Shown: piece after piece, positions 15,868 to 28,324 of the stretch
Layout of the letters: every line of letters begins with the position of its first letter
Numbering within the stretch: the first letter of the stretch is position 1
DNA from: Octopus vulgaris
Lineage: Eukaryota
Direction of reading: 5' to 3'
Length of the DNA: 64,000 bases
NCBI GenBank assembly: GCA_951406725.2
Contig: OX597814.1
Coordinates: forward strand, 58,652,001-58,716,000
Program-made: the position numbers and the translations under genes
Notes under the pieces: model-generated
What the model saw: only the letters and a program-made list of their open reading frames with translations
What the model was told of the DNA's origin: nothing
The model's database searches: none

Positions 15868-16689
15868 ACATATAGCTTCGGCGCGGGAAAATAAATATAA
15901 AAATAAATGGTTGCAGCAATTACAACAATATCAACAAAAACAACAGCAGCAGCAGCAACAACAACAGCACCAACAATTATGGCAGCAGCAGCACCAGCTG
16001 ATGCAAAAACAACAACAATAACAATAGAATCAACAGAACGGCAGCAGCATGTAGTAGCAGGAGCAAGAGCCGTAAAAGACACAAATGAAAACCTGGAGAA
16101 TAAGTTTCAGTAAAAAGATTAAATAAAATGAAAATAACGAAACAACGACAACAACATTGTGATTTTGAAATGAGATACCGTAAAAAATATATATAATTTA
16201 GGAATCAAGTCAGAGTTGAAAGAAAAAGTGGGTACAACATTAACAGCAACGAAAAGAATATTTGCATTAGCAAACCAACAAAATACAGCAACAAAATACT
16301 ACAAAATTAACAAGATAAGTACAAAACAACAGATATACAGATAGCATCTACAGAAAGACAATAGTTGAATTTGATAGAAAACCTCTGAAAAATCAATAGA
16401 AATACACAAACACGCGTACACACCTATGCGCACGCAAACACACATGTACACACTTACACACTCATGCATGTGCACATACAAACAGTGTGTCTAGAAGAAA
16501 ATGTAAGCCACCTAACGTCAGGAATTCAGCAAATTCTTAGTCTTTTGTTGAAGAACAAAGGCTAACATTGTTTCGGTGGGGAAGCTTGTTCATCAGCGGG
16601 TACAATATATGTAGAACACAATAAAACAGTTTTACTTGTCAAAGGCTGCTTTAATCAACAGCAACAACGCTACGAACAGTATTCCTTAC

Positions 16690-16762
16690 CACGTGCCAAT
16701 AATATAAACAGTAGGAAATACAACAATTACTACTACTTCTACTAGTACTTCTGTTGCTGCTG

Positions 16763-16819
<57 letters not shown>

Positions 16820-16977
16820 GTACTACTACTACTACTACTACACGTCGTCGTCGTCGTAGTAGTAGTAGTATAAGGTGACGTCATTTTGTGAGAGTTGAAA
16901 CCGGAACTAGTCAATGAAACCAACCTACACTCAACCTTGTAGGACGAAACACAACCGTGGCTCCTCCAACATTTGAA
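16690..16977 (-). CDS. Candidate in-frame cassette exon of the receptor's M3-M4 loop with microsatellite-encoded poly-Thr/Ser
   Basis: 288-nt stop-free frame between ttttcag| and a strong donor GTG|GTAAGG. Phase 0-0 is compatible with flanking exons. No recognisable homology and a mediocre acceptor. Confidence 0.27.
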
Positions 16978-17387
16978 CTGAAAACCTCCCCGCTACGCAC
17001 AACAGTTATGTTGATGATTAAAAACGAGTTATGTTAATGGCAATGAATGTTTATTACACTGATGTCTATGAACGTGGTAACAATGATGGTGTTGGTGAAG
17101 ATGGTTACGACGACGACGACGATGATGATGATGATCATCATCATCATTATCATCACCATAGTGGTGATTACTAATTTCAGCACATACTATAGACATTTTG
17201 AAAGATTATAATCGATGAAATCGATTACAGTAATTGACTGGAACTAAATTTACCACTTCTCTTGTAACCAATGTAACGGTAAAACTGAGCTTGTGTGGTA
17301 TTGAAATCCTAATGTAAAAGGGTACATTTAAATCTTGTATACCACGCTACTAAATCTGCCGTTACAATACTGAAATAATAGCAATAA

Positions 17388-17822
17388 TTCTTTCTACTAT
17401 AGGCACAAGGTGTGAAATTTGGGGGAGGAGGACTAGTCGATTACATCGACCTCAGTGTTCAACTTGGTACTAACATCGATCCCGAAATGATGAAGAGCAA
17501 AGTTGACTACGACAGAATTTGAACTCAGAATACGAAGATGGACTAAATGCTGCCAAGCACTTTGCCCAGCGTGCAAAGGATTCTGCTAGCATGCCACCTT
17601 TGAAATAATCCTTTCTACTAAAAGCACAAGTCTTGAATTTTGGGGGAGCAGACTAGCCAATTACATCGACCGCAGGGTTTTGTTGGTACTTAATTTATCG
17701 GTCCTGAAAGGATGAAAGACAAAGTCGACCTCGGCGGTATTTGAACTCAGAACATAAAGACAAACGAAATGTTGCTAAGCATTTTGCCCGTCATGCTAAC
17801 GATTCAGCTAGGTCACCGTCTT
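17388..17822 (-). mobile_element. Two tandem SINE family A copies
   Basis: Repeated unit ctttctacta..ggcacaagg..tgaaatt.ggggg...gatgaa...caaagt.gac...atttgaactcagaa. Confidence 0.85.
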
Positions 17823-18398
17823 AAGGGACTACAGCATATGGCTGTTACTAAATTTCATCTTCCGTGAAATGCTGAAAGGCAAAAATCTAGTTTGGTAAGT
17901 TTCGAACCTAAAATGTAAGAAAATACTGCAAAAGAATTTAATCTGAAACACTGTCATTGATATTTTTATCAAATGACATTGTTTGCTACAATGATCTGGT
18001 ATTTTCCAATACGGAAAGTAATCGTTGTAACGATAAATTTTCGTATACAATCATTTTATTCCTTTCGCTTAAACATATGCCCAAACATTAAATTGTTTAA
18101 AAGGAGAAGCTACATTCGACTGTAATGATTAACTCCTTAAATTAGTGTAATGTTATAGACTATAGAGTACTGTATATTCAAATCTTCCGTGAACAGTGTT
18201 TTACTGGTTTAATAGATCTCTCAATAGAAAGAGGAAAAAATTCATTTCTCCGGAAATTTAAACTGATAACATAAACACATATTTCAATAACATCGCTCTA
18301 AGATTTCTGTCTACCTCTCTCATATGCCAGGTAGTACAGTACTACTACTAACCATTGTTTCTTTACACATCATTTGTAACAATTATACCAATAATAAT

Positions 18399-18945
18399 CT
18401 TTTCTACTAAAGACACAAGGCCCGGAATTTTTGGGGGAAGGGGCCAGTCAATTAGATCTACCCCAGTATGCAACCGGTACTTAATTTATCGACTCCGAAA
18501 GGATGAAATGCAAAGTCGACCTCGGCTGATTTTGAACCCAGAACCTAAAGACAGACGAAAGCATCTCTCCCAGCGTGCTAACGTTTGTGCCAGTTTGCCG
18601 CTTTAAATATTCTCATCTACTCTAGGAAGAAGGCCCAAGATTTTGGGGGAAGAAGCCATTCGATTAGATTGACCCCAGTACGCAACGATTCTGCCAGCTC
18701 ACCGCCTTAATTATACGAATAATAATGCCATTTCTGAAGGCGGCGAGCCGGCAGAAATGGTAGAACACCGAGCAGCATGCTTAGCGGCATTTTTGTGTGT
18801 GTCTTTACCTTCTGAGTTCAAATTTCACCGTCTCTGCCTCTCATCCTTTCGGGGACTTTAAATTAAGCACCAGTTGTATACTGCGGTCGATCTAATCGAC
18901 TTTTTCCTCCCCCCAAATTTCGGGTCTTGTGCCTAGAGAAGAAAA
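18399..18945. mobile_element. SINE family A cluster: two minus copies (18399-18710) followed by a plus copy (18737-18945)
   Basis: The core appears in both orientations; the plus copy starts ggcggcgagccggcagaaa and contains ctgagttcaaatt. Confidence 0.85.
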
Positions 18946-19029
18946 GAATAATGCCAATTCTGGTACTTATATCTTCTTATTACAAGCATGTTTTTTCTAT
19001 CACCTATAATGTATTTGCTTTTATATTAA

Positions 19030-19660
19030 TATCCTACCTCTATCTTTACCAGATAAAAACAATAGCACAAGACAATATCAATCTGCAATTATTAGAATTA
19101 ATCATATGGGTGCAAATCGAACCTTGCCCCATGATAGTGACTATCCCTTGTATAACCCCATAAATTCTAACCCCTATCGCCTGTATATCACCATAAATTT
19201 TGAACGATATCCCTCCTCTCTTAGAATGTTTAACAATGGTATGCGGCACTCCTATCTGCTACTTAATTGTCTTTATTTACTTTGTCTTGGGTTCAATTCC
19301 AGCTATTCCCATTTCTAATCTTAGCGTAATAAAACTAATAATATAAAAATACATATATAATTACCGACACTTCATCTCTAGTCTTTGACAAGGAACCAGT
19401 GTAGGTGACTCCAATTAACATCTTCTATCCCTGACCGTCTATCTAACCTGGATGGTGGCTATAACTAACTAAATCCTTAAATTATTTCCACCCTTTTAAC
19501 GGTCATTATTGCCTATGTTGTGTTTTTCTCCATTTCGTGGTCAGATTCGGCTGACCGATAGGCGTGTTCCCACTGCGTTCAGGGAGTGCCCTACATTGCT
19601 TTGAAATTATATGTATCATCTGACGAACACAGTTTTTAGAAATGATATAATGTACTCATT
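19030..19660 (+). mobile_element. Possible PLE 3' end (GIY-YIG tail plus 3' UTR)
   Basis: IKTIAQDNINLQLLELIIWVQIEP loosely fits the K.LA.....L...E...I....P tail of PLE GIY-YIG domains. A CTGACGA motif lies at 19619. Confidence 0.3.
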
Positions 19661-19873
19661 CATCTATTAAAAATGCATAAGAAACAGTTGTAATGAATTG
19701 ACATTTATCCATCGTCTGTTATTATTCATTTGCTTATATACATACATACATACATACATACATACACACATACATACATACATACATACACACATACATA
19801 CACACATACATACACACACACACACACATATATATATATATGTATATATGAAATATAACAGAAACAGAAGAAA

Positions 19874-19922
<49 letters not shown>

Positions 19923-19984
19923 TACAGGTACAACGAAACAGAAGGAAAGAGTGAGAGAAACTTGTGGTGAATGAGTATAGCAAG

Positions 19985-20121
19985 GTTCGCCAGCATACCC
20001 TGCACGGAGCGTTGTGGAGCTTTAGGTGTTTTTGCTCAATAAACACAGCGCCCGGTCTGGGAATCGAAACCGCGATCACACGAATGCGAGTCCGCTGCCC
20101 TAACCACTGGACCATTGCGTC
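19985..20121 (-). mobile_element. tRNA-derived SINE, family C
   Basis: Minus strand gcaatggtccagtggttagggcagcgg (A box) ... ggtttcgattccc (B box), followed by a non-tRNA tail; related to 46497-46700. Confidence 0.7.
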
Positions 20122-21246
20122 TTTATGTATTTATATATATATATATATATCTTTTAATTTTGTTTACGGGAAATGTTTTGAATATGCTCCTATTCTACTA
20201 TGCCGGGATATAATAGCATATAATAGAACAAAGGAAGAACACAAATTCTACACACCATTATATCACCAAAAATAAAAATAAAAAATTTCTCCTTTAGAAA
20301 CTGTCATTTGTCAACTCTGAAAATGAACTCCACTACCTGAATAATTTTAGTGGATGCACGTTGCTGACCTGACTACTTCTGAATTCATGGAGGGGCATTT
20401 TGTGAATAAGATCAAGCAAATGAACCAGGCTACCCATTCTTACATCTGTATACTCATATAGTAAAATATGTCCAATATCACCACACACACATCCATCTCG
20501 CTATAACTACCATTCCTTCCTTTCTTTCCATCACCTACTTCCACCTCTCCCCACAAAATAAACACAGAAATATCCATATACCCCAATCAACCTTCTCGTT
20601 GGTTCAAAATTGGTAAACAACCCTCAGTTAAATATCCATTAATGCTATTTTGCCGGAGATCTACACGATGTCCATGGATTACTACGGACTACACTGTAAT
20701 TATTGCAGTAATACGGATTATGAACTTAAGGAACATGTGATTTGTGGAAACGCACGTAGTGATGCATTAAAATATAAATCCCATCTTTGGATGGGATTAT
20801 TATAATTATTACTATGTATGAATATATATATGTATGTTTGTATGTATGTATGTATGCATGTATATATCTATCTATCTATACACATACACACACACACACA
20901 CATATATGAATTACGTATGTATGTATGTATGTATCTATTCACATCATACGGAGGTAGACTCATACAAAGGGAGGTACAAAAACTTAACGCATTTATCACA
21001 GTCCTTTCTCTCTTGCGTAAATTTCGGATTAAATGTATTCATTATAGTATTGTTGGATGACAGTATCATTATTAGATGACAATATATACATCCGTATATA
21101 CATATATATACATCTGAGGCATTGTGTCACTTTGTAATTTCCGCCGATTTAATGTGATAACATAGCTCACTCATTCTCATATACTGCGTTGTATTTATCC
21201 TCCTGTTTGTTCTGCTAAAACCACATACATACATACATACATACAT

Positions 21247-21298
<52 letters not shown>

Positions 21299-21424
21299 GT
21301 TATATTATATTTGATGTGTATGTATATGTGTGTCTGTGATTATTCTTTAAAAATATTTTTCATCTTATTAAAATTAGCAGTCATAACATTTCGTTTACTT
21401 TCTTAATTTGTGTAAATACATACA

Positions 21425-21484
<60 letters not shown>

Positions 21485-21651
21485 CACACATATAATGTAT
21501 TCATATTTTATGATTAAAATCTTCTTTCCCCATTAATGTATCAATCTTTTATGTATTATCATCACTGTGCAAATATCATGATATTATTTAATTATTCGAC
21601 TTAATAATATATTCATCAGCGTATCATTCTGTTAGAAATTATATTTCTTTA

Positions 21652-22807
21652 TATTAGATTGGAACGAAAGTCAGAGGCATTTCAAGATGAGTATGAAAGG
21701 GATATTTCGTTAGCCTTATTTAATCATGATAATATTTTCCCTTATCATTGCTAACATAATTCCATCTATTTGATGAATTGCTGATCTCTCGGGCGTAAGG
21801 TATCAGGTATCGAAGCAAACACACACTGAATATAATTTATATCATTTTTAACTGCTTCACATTTGGTAAATTTTTCCATTCCAAATAATGTTGTGGTGAT
21901 CTACAAAAGAATAAAAAAATTGTTTTGAGATGGAGAAAGGTAAGAAGAATGACGCAAAACTTCCATTCTGAATGCCATAATCCTTTCTTGGTCGTTAGGT
22001 GGTCTTATATTACCGTGTAGCAACACCTGGTTACGAGTGGTCAGTGATGAGCTTTTTTTCGGCAAAACTTTGTGCAATGATTTCATCCAATGACAATTTC
22101 TCTCTCTATTAACTGCTTTGTTTTGGTCTAATACTTCATGATAGACGGCCCCCTTCATATTCATTCAAACACTGACCACAACATTTTTCAGCTGTGGTAC
22201 CTGTTTGGGATGGTATCTCTGGCATATGATTATAGTGAACTCACATTTCATCAAAAGGAACGAATATGTAACAAGTCCAGTTTTCAAGAAGGAGAAGAGA
22301 GAATCTTATTGATTACGATGAAAAGTAATCTGATGGTGGGAGACTCATTAACCAAATCTATATACTCTTTCTAATTCAAGAAGTTTTATGCTGAAAGTGT
22401 GACTTGAATTGAACTGTTTTACTAATTCTCACACATTTTGCATTGGATTTTTCTCAACTCCGGTTTTCAGAACAGAATTGTCCAGTTCGGGGGGAGTCTG
22501 AGAGCGATAAAAAAGTTCCTGTGTGAGACTGTGTTCATATATACGGAGAATTAAAGCTTTTTGTCCATAGACAGAACGAATATTCCTTAATTGCATTGAT
22601 GAAGAGCTCTTAGAATTCATGCAGCATGTAGTGTTTGATGTAGGTCTGATCTAAACAAGCTTAAACTCTATGGTATAAAAGTTATCCTGCAAAGAAATAC
22701 AAAAATAACATTCAACTGTAAAAGTTAAATACTTATTAGGTATTGAAAAAGTACCCGCTGAGTGATACTGTCCAAGGTGCGATATGATTTTCTTTCCACC
22801 CTAACAT
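21652..22807 (-). mobile_element. Decayed mariner (DD34D-type) transposon
   Basis: Degenerate TIRs tattagattggaac / ttccaccctaacata. Peptides RNIRSVYGQKAL, LDNSVLKTGVEKNPMQ and MKGAVYHEVLDQNKAVN..VLLHGNIRP..EVLRHSSYLSP match mariner transposase segments. Confidence 0.85.
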
Positions 22808-22987
22808 ATTCATGGCAAAAAAAATTTAGTTCAAAAAGAAAATGATTGTTGTATTTATGTGTTTCACAGTAATATTATTAATTCTCTAAATCTTCATGAG
22901 CAAGAAACAATATTCTATCGAAACATAAGCAGATAGAGAATATAATTTATGAACATCGAGTCAAAAGACTTGTGTCACATATCGCTC

Positions 22988-23018
<31 letters not shown>

Positions 23019-23044
23019 GTGTGTGCACATACATAAATTCAAAG

Positions 23045-23567
23045 ATATAGGGAAGGTGATGCAAAAGTGCCGCTATGCATATCGCCCGGTGTACTATCGA
23101 GACTTCTAGTTCACCGCCCTAACATTCATCCATTGTAATGTTGAATGGTGAATGCAGATCGCTTTTAGATTCTTCGGTCTCGTCTTCATGATGCCTTCTC
23201 TAAACATTTTGAGTATCACAATAAATCTTCCAGCAATGTATTGTAGCCGAAGTCCAGCTGTGCGGTGGGGACAAGTAATGTGAATTCTCTGATCACACGA
23301 ATAAGTTTCTCCTGTTGCTTGTTATTTGTGTCCTTGGACACAGTTTAAAGTCAGCCGCTGCATGGTTTGTCGTCAATAATGCTTTTTTTCTCTTTAAACT
23401 CATTTAGCTGTGCACATTTTCCTCATCTCTGTAAAATGGTATTTCTGTAAAAAGATGCTAGATAGGATTCAAGGTACTCAAACAAAGTACTCAAAGTGCA
23501 GTTTGAAAGAGATGCCTTTTAAGAAGAATGCTATGATACTTTGCGTTACTCCAGCACAACGCTCGCT

Positions 23568-23570
<3 letters not shown>
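23045..23570 (-). mobile_element. Heavily deleted mariner-like remnant
   Basis: Minus-strand LLHHLPY (like HPPYSPD), ITMDE and LLEDL fragments. Confidence 0.4.
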
Positions 23571-23611
<41 letters not shown>

Positions 23612-23627
23612 GTGTGTATATGTATAT

Positions 23628-23855
23628 AAGGCGAGCTGGCAAAACGTTAGCACGCCGGGCGAAGTGCGTAGCCGTATTTCGTCTGTCGTTACGTTCCGAG
23701 TTCAAATTCCGCCGAGGTCGACTTTGCCTTTCATCCTTTCGGGGTCGATAAATTAAGTACCAGTTACGCACTGGAGTCGATGTAATCGACCTTATCCCTT
23801 TGTCTGTCCTTGTTTGTCCCCTATATGTTTATCCCTTTGTGGGTAGTAAAGAAAT
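23628..23855 (+). mobile_element. SINE family A, well preserved
   Basis: ggcgagctggcaaaacgttagcacgccgggcg...gagttcaaattccgccgaggtcgactttgcctttcatcctttcggggtcgataaattaagtaccag. Confidence 0.9.
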
Positions 23856-23892
23856 ATATATATATGAAAGTATGTATGCATTTATGTGAAAC

Positions 23893-24045
23893 ATGGGTGT
23901 GTGTTAAAAATTTTGCTTCTCAACCATATGGTTCTCATTCAGGTTCAGTTCCACTGCGTGGCATAGTGGACAAGTGTCTTTCACTATGGCCCTGAAATGA
24001 CTTTGTGATTGGATTTGGAGGACGGAAGCTGAAAGAAACCCTCCT
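23893..24045 (+). mobile_element. tRNA-derived SINE, family B
   Basis: ggttcagttccactgcgtggca...caagtgtctt...ggatttgg..gacggaa.ctgaaagaa; shared with 49770 and 58960. Confidence 0.75.
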
Positions 24046-24152
24046 TATGTGTGTGTGATCTTTCACGACACCTTAAAGTCTAGAACCTTTCAGCATCTCC
24101 TCGTATATCGGCAGTTCGGCCATGTAACTATACCCTAACAGAAACAGACATA

Positions 24153-24189
<37 letters not shown>

Positions 24190-25309
24190 ATATATATGTG
24201 TATGTATGTGTACATGCATACGTACATACATGCTTACACGCACTAACAGACACACGCGTGCAGGCATGTAAACTAATTTATTATATACTAAAATAAATTA
24301 TTTTCCCACTGTGTTGGTTGCGAAAGAATCGTAATCTTATGGATTTCAGCTGGTGGAAGAAGCATATTCATCTCATACCACCGGACTTTCTTTATATTCC
24401 TTATACTCCTAATGATATGTTCATTACTCATTGGATCTACTGGATTTCCCCCGCATGGGACTATACATGGCTCCCCTAGGTATTGGTTTACTATGTGGTT
24501 TCTACATGTGCTGTTCTACACACGAAGAACTGCCAGCCAAACCAAAGTCACACCAGTACCAGAATATATCCACGCATTTAAAAATTAATAATATTGGTGG
24601 AGAATTTCTATAGGAATAGCGACTCGGTGGAAACGCAATATTCTAGTTATTGATATTTGGGGCATGAAAAGAAAATCATGCACTGTTCAGCTGCCCGGCT
24701 CATGTGTATGTAAGGTAAAAAATTCAACAAAAGAGAACATCGAGGAGAACAAACAAAATATCTACAGCAAATATTCCGATTATAGCTTTTCATTTATACC
24801 TCTTCTTAGAGGTGCACTAGGCTGCGTAAAGAATAAAGAAATGCCAGGCTTCTTCAAACAAAGAATATAAGAAAATGATATACATTCTCCAAATACAATC
24901 GATTATTTAAGGTGTGAATGTGTAAAACATTCTAGAGCTTCTCTATTTGATGTACTTGAGCTGAACACACGCTGACAATCACATACACATAAGGAATAAC
25001 CCATGCACATACATATAGAACGAATTACATACATTTGTGTACTAATATGTCATGCATATCCATTACATGAGTGCAAGTTCATATATGCAGAAACACACAT
25101 TCAAATATATGCAGAAACACACATTCAAATACCGGCAACCAATCTAGATGATGCGAAAACGCCTGGGCTGTCTTCACTGAAGCATTAGAACCTTATCAGT
25201 TCGTTAGTAACAGGTTTGCATTTTGCAAACGAAAATAGATACTGAAGTCAATCCCAAAGTAAAAATATTATCTGTTTGTAGTTGATGGACAAAACGAGGG
25301 TAATATGCA

Positions 25310-25387
<78 letters not shown>

Positions 25388-25439
25388 GAAAAAACAAGTC
25401 AAAATAGAAAATGCTAAAATAATTTTATAAAGAACATTT

Positions 25440-25477
25440 CAGTACCGGTTTCGGTCATTTTGAGACCTTTTCAACTG
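25440..25477 (-). ncRNA. Minimal type I hammerhead ribozyme motif, U3-A8 variant
   Basis: Reverse complement reads CAG UUGAAAA GGUC-ucaaaau-GACC GAA AC-cg-GU A CUG. Confidence 0.7.
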
Positions 25478-26584
25478 TAACGATTAAATAATTAAATTTA
25501 GAAAAATTAGAAGAAAAGTTTTTTTAAAAGGAATATTTGTATAGTGTTCAAGTATAAGTGGCATTCTGCCTTTCTCTGACTCCCTTGTTTGCACTTGTGT
25601 GTTCGAGGTCGTTGTGAATTCTTGGTAGGGTAGAAGAAGAAGAAGGCTGATGAGGAGAGGGGGTGGAAACATTTGGGAGTGCCTTGATTGTTGTATTTTG
25701 AATGGTCAGTGACGGCTAGCAGTTGCAGTTCAATTCAGGAGAATATTTCTATTGAGAGATTTGTTTATGGAATTTGCGTAGGTGTTTTACTAAAAAGCAT
25801 TAGTGATAAAGTTAAGAGGTGGAGCAGAAGAAGAAGAAGAAGAAGAAGAAGAAGAAGAAGATGACGATGTTGATGATGATGATGATGATGAAGAAGAAGA
25901 AGAAGGAGAAGGAGAAGAAGAAGATGATGATGATGATGGTGGTGATGATGATGACGACGATGATGATGATAATAATGATGATGATGAAGAAGAAGAGGAA
26001 GAAGAAGAAAACAGAGAAGGGAGAATATGAATGGGTGAAAGTAGTCAGGTGTTGTATGACTTGAAGTTGGCATGTTATGGATTATAGCTGTGATTGGGGC
26101 TGATTAGTAATGGATTCTTTGGAATGTAATATTTGTGTGTGTATTTCTTTTATTCTAAAGTTGAGGTATATTAATCGTTTGTCGTAGACCCGTTAAGAAG
26201 TGGCCTGTATTTTGTAATAAAGAGAGTTTCTTTACTTATTCGTTGTCTCGAGGTTGTATCGTCCCTAAATTGGTAGAGGGGGAAAATCCTGAAGCCTGGT
26301 GTTTTGTTGTTGGCGCAAGTATCTATGTGTTGGCTGAAAGCTATTTTTCTGTTTTGGGGAATTTTTATCTGGGATCTGTGCAGGGCCATTCTTTTACGCA
26401 AACTATTTTTTGTTTGGCCTATGTACTGCTCTTGACACAAGAATTCACAACGACCTCGAACACACAAGTGCAAACAAGGGAGTCAGAGAAAGGCAGAATG
26501 CCACTTATACTTGAACACTATACAAATATTCCTTTTAAAAAAACTTTTCTTCTAATTTTTCTAAATTTAATTATTTAATCGTTA

Positions 26585-26622
26585 CAGTTGAAAAGGTCTC
26601 AAAATGACCGAAACCGGTACTG
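26585..26622 (+). ncRNA. Minimal type I hammerhead ribozyme motif, U3-A8 variant (inverted-arm copy)
   Basis: CAG TTGAAAA GGTC tcaaaat GACC GAA AC cg GT A CTG: stems I, II and III all pair, and stem III is the palindrome ACCGGT. Confidence 0.7.
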
Positions 26623-26708
26623 AAATGTTCTTTATAAAATTATTTTAGCATTTTCTATTTTGACTTGTTTTTTCATATATATCAACTCGTGTGTTCCTTT
26701 TCACCCTT

Positions 26709-26769
<61 letters not shown>

Positions 26770-26770
<1 letters not shown>

Positions 26771-26917
26771 GAAGGGCTTATTTCAGTTTCCACCAACCAA
26801 ATCCACTCAGAAAGCTTTGGGCGATCCGGGGTTATATTAGAAGACACTTGCCCAAGATACACTGGGGTAATTTCTAATTCATTTTTACACACAGACACGC
26901 ACACACACACATACACA

Positions 26918-26949
<32 letters not shown>

Positions 26950-27165
26950 TATGACTGTATTTGTTTGTGTGTCTGTGTTGTCCCCCACCATTACTTGACA
27001 ACCGATGTTTGTGTGCTTACGCCCCCGTTATTTAGTGGATCGGCAAATGAAATCGATAGACTAAATACTAGGCTTGCAAAGAACAAGTTCTGCGATCGAT
27101 TTATTTGACTAAAGGCGGTGCTCCAGCATGGCCGCAGTCAAATGGCTGAAATACATAAAAGAATA
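26770..27165. mobile_element. SINE family B fragments (minus 26770-26856; plus tail 26965-27165)
   Basis: ttcagtttccaccaaccaaatccactca...gacacttgcccaag and aaggcggtgctccagcatggccgcagtcaaatg.ctgaaa. Confidence 0.75.
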
Positions 27166-27616
27166 AACGAATATATCTATATATATATAAAGCAAAGAAG
27201 GAGACAAAAAAACATTCTTTAACACATCTTTAATTATAAGTTACAAATGTTTCCGTACCATCTCTATTTGCATCGCCAGTTTACGCGGAAATTCTAAAAG
27301 AAAAATTAGCGTAATATTTGCGTTTTTAGACATTGTAGAGGTACTATCTTAGGCTTGCGACAAATTCGTGCAATTAAATTGTGCCTTTATCAGACCTTGT
27401 TATTAGGAAATTACCGGGAGAAAAAAAAAAAAAGAAAAAAAATTGAAGTTTGTATGCGAGATGAGTCTGTGGGGAACATATGTGGATGGTGGGATCAATT
27501 CGGCGGATACGTATAATGGCTGGAGGGAGAAATGGAAGGAGGAGGAAAACGAATAGAAAAAGGCGAAAGAGAAGTAGGAGGGAAAGACAAAGAAGGAAAA
27601 GGAAAGAAACAAAGAG

Positions 27617-27651
<35 letters not shown>

Positions 27652-27881
27652 AAAAAAGAAAGAAGAAAAAGAAGAAGAAGAAAAAGAAGAAGAAGAAGAA
27701 GAAGAAGAAGAAGAAGAAGAAGAAGAAGAAGAAAAGGGAAGAGGGAGAAGTTAATACAGTGGGCAGTGTTGCATATAGGAAAACGATTTATCTAGTGGTA
27801 TGCCCTTTTATTTCCGCTGCTTCGTGACCCTTACGGTAACTATCTGTTTCCTATATCCTTTTATTTTCAACCTCTTCATAC

Positions 27882-28050
27882 CTATATTTGTCTGCTCCAT
27901 AGCAGACTAATGTAGGGTTTGTCAGCAGCATCCTAGACGAGTTCATCTTCGTCGGAGCCCTCTTCGCTGTTCTCTGTGTAATCGGACATGTGCTTCCGGA
28001 ATGGGCGTTTTCAGCCACGAGAGGGCCTGCCAACGCCATCAAGACAACCC
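27882..28050 (-). other. GC-rich exon-like island of unknown status
   Basis: Acceptor tttcgtctttgatccttag and donor AG|GTATGA enclose 169 nt with one open frame. The plus strand also has acceptor- and donor-like sites and an open frame. Confidence 0.25.
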
Positions 28051-28324
28051 CTAAGGATCAAAGACGAAATTGCTATCTGTCAAGATGGACTACCTTAAGC
28101 AAGTAAGCATATACATATGTATATGCGTGTATTCATATACATATATATATATATATATATATATGCATATAGAGATACATATAGGCGTAGATATGTATAT
28201 ATGTATGTAAGTGTGTGTATATATGTGTATGTACGTAAGTGAATATGCTTGTATAGCTATTTATGATGTGTGTATGTATGTGTGTATGTATGTGTGTATG
28301 TATATATATATATATATATATGTA

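Larger units (their letters stand above)
25381..26681 (-). mobile_element. 5'-truncated Penelope-like element with an inverted copy of its 3' terminus (inverted pLTR)
   Basis: GIY-YIG C-terminal half at 26171-26437 (CQEQYIGQTKNSLRKRMALHRSQI...KETLFITKYRPLLN). The 244-bp arms 25381-25624 and 26438-26681 are reverse complements. Each arm holds a hammerhead. Confidence 0.9.

Noticed and set aside
16941-16990. GGACGAAACAC...CTGAAAA as a type II hammerhead
   Set aside because: U16.1 is replaced by G, no stem I forms, and CTGAAAA breaks the 3-8 pair.
19612-19650. TATCAT-CTGACGA...GAA-ATGATA as an intact hammerhead
   Set aside because: No stem II, stem III or UH; at most a decayed remnant.
19985-20121. 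tRNA gene
   Set aside because: A and B boxes are present but there is no complete cloverleaf, and it continues into a SINE body.
26171-26473. The 100-aa ORF as an intact small GIY-YIG gene
   Set aside because: Its first residues come from the inverted arm fused at 26438, and the N-terminal GIY motif is missing.
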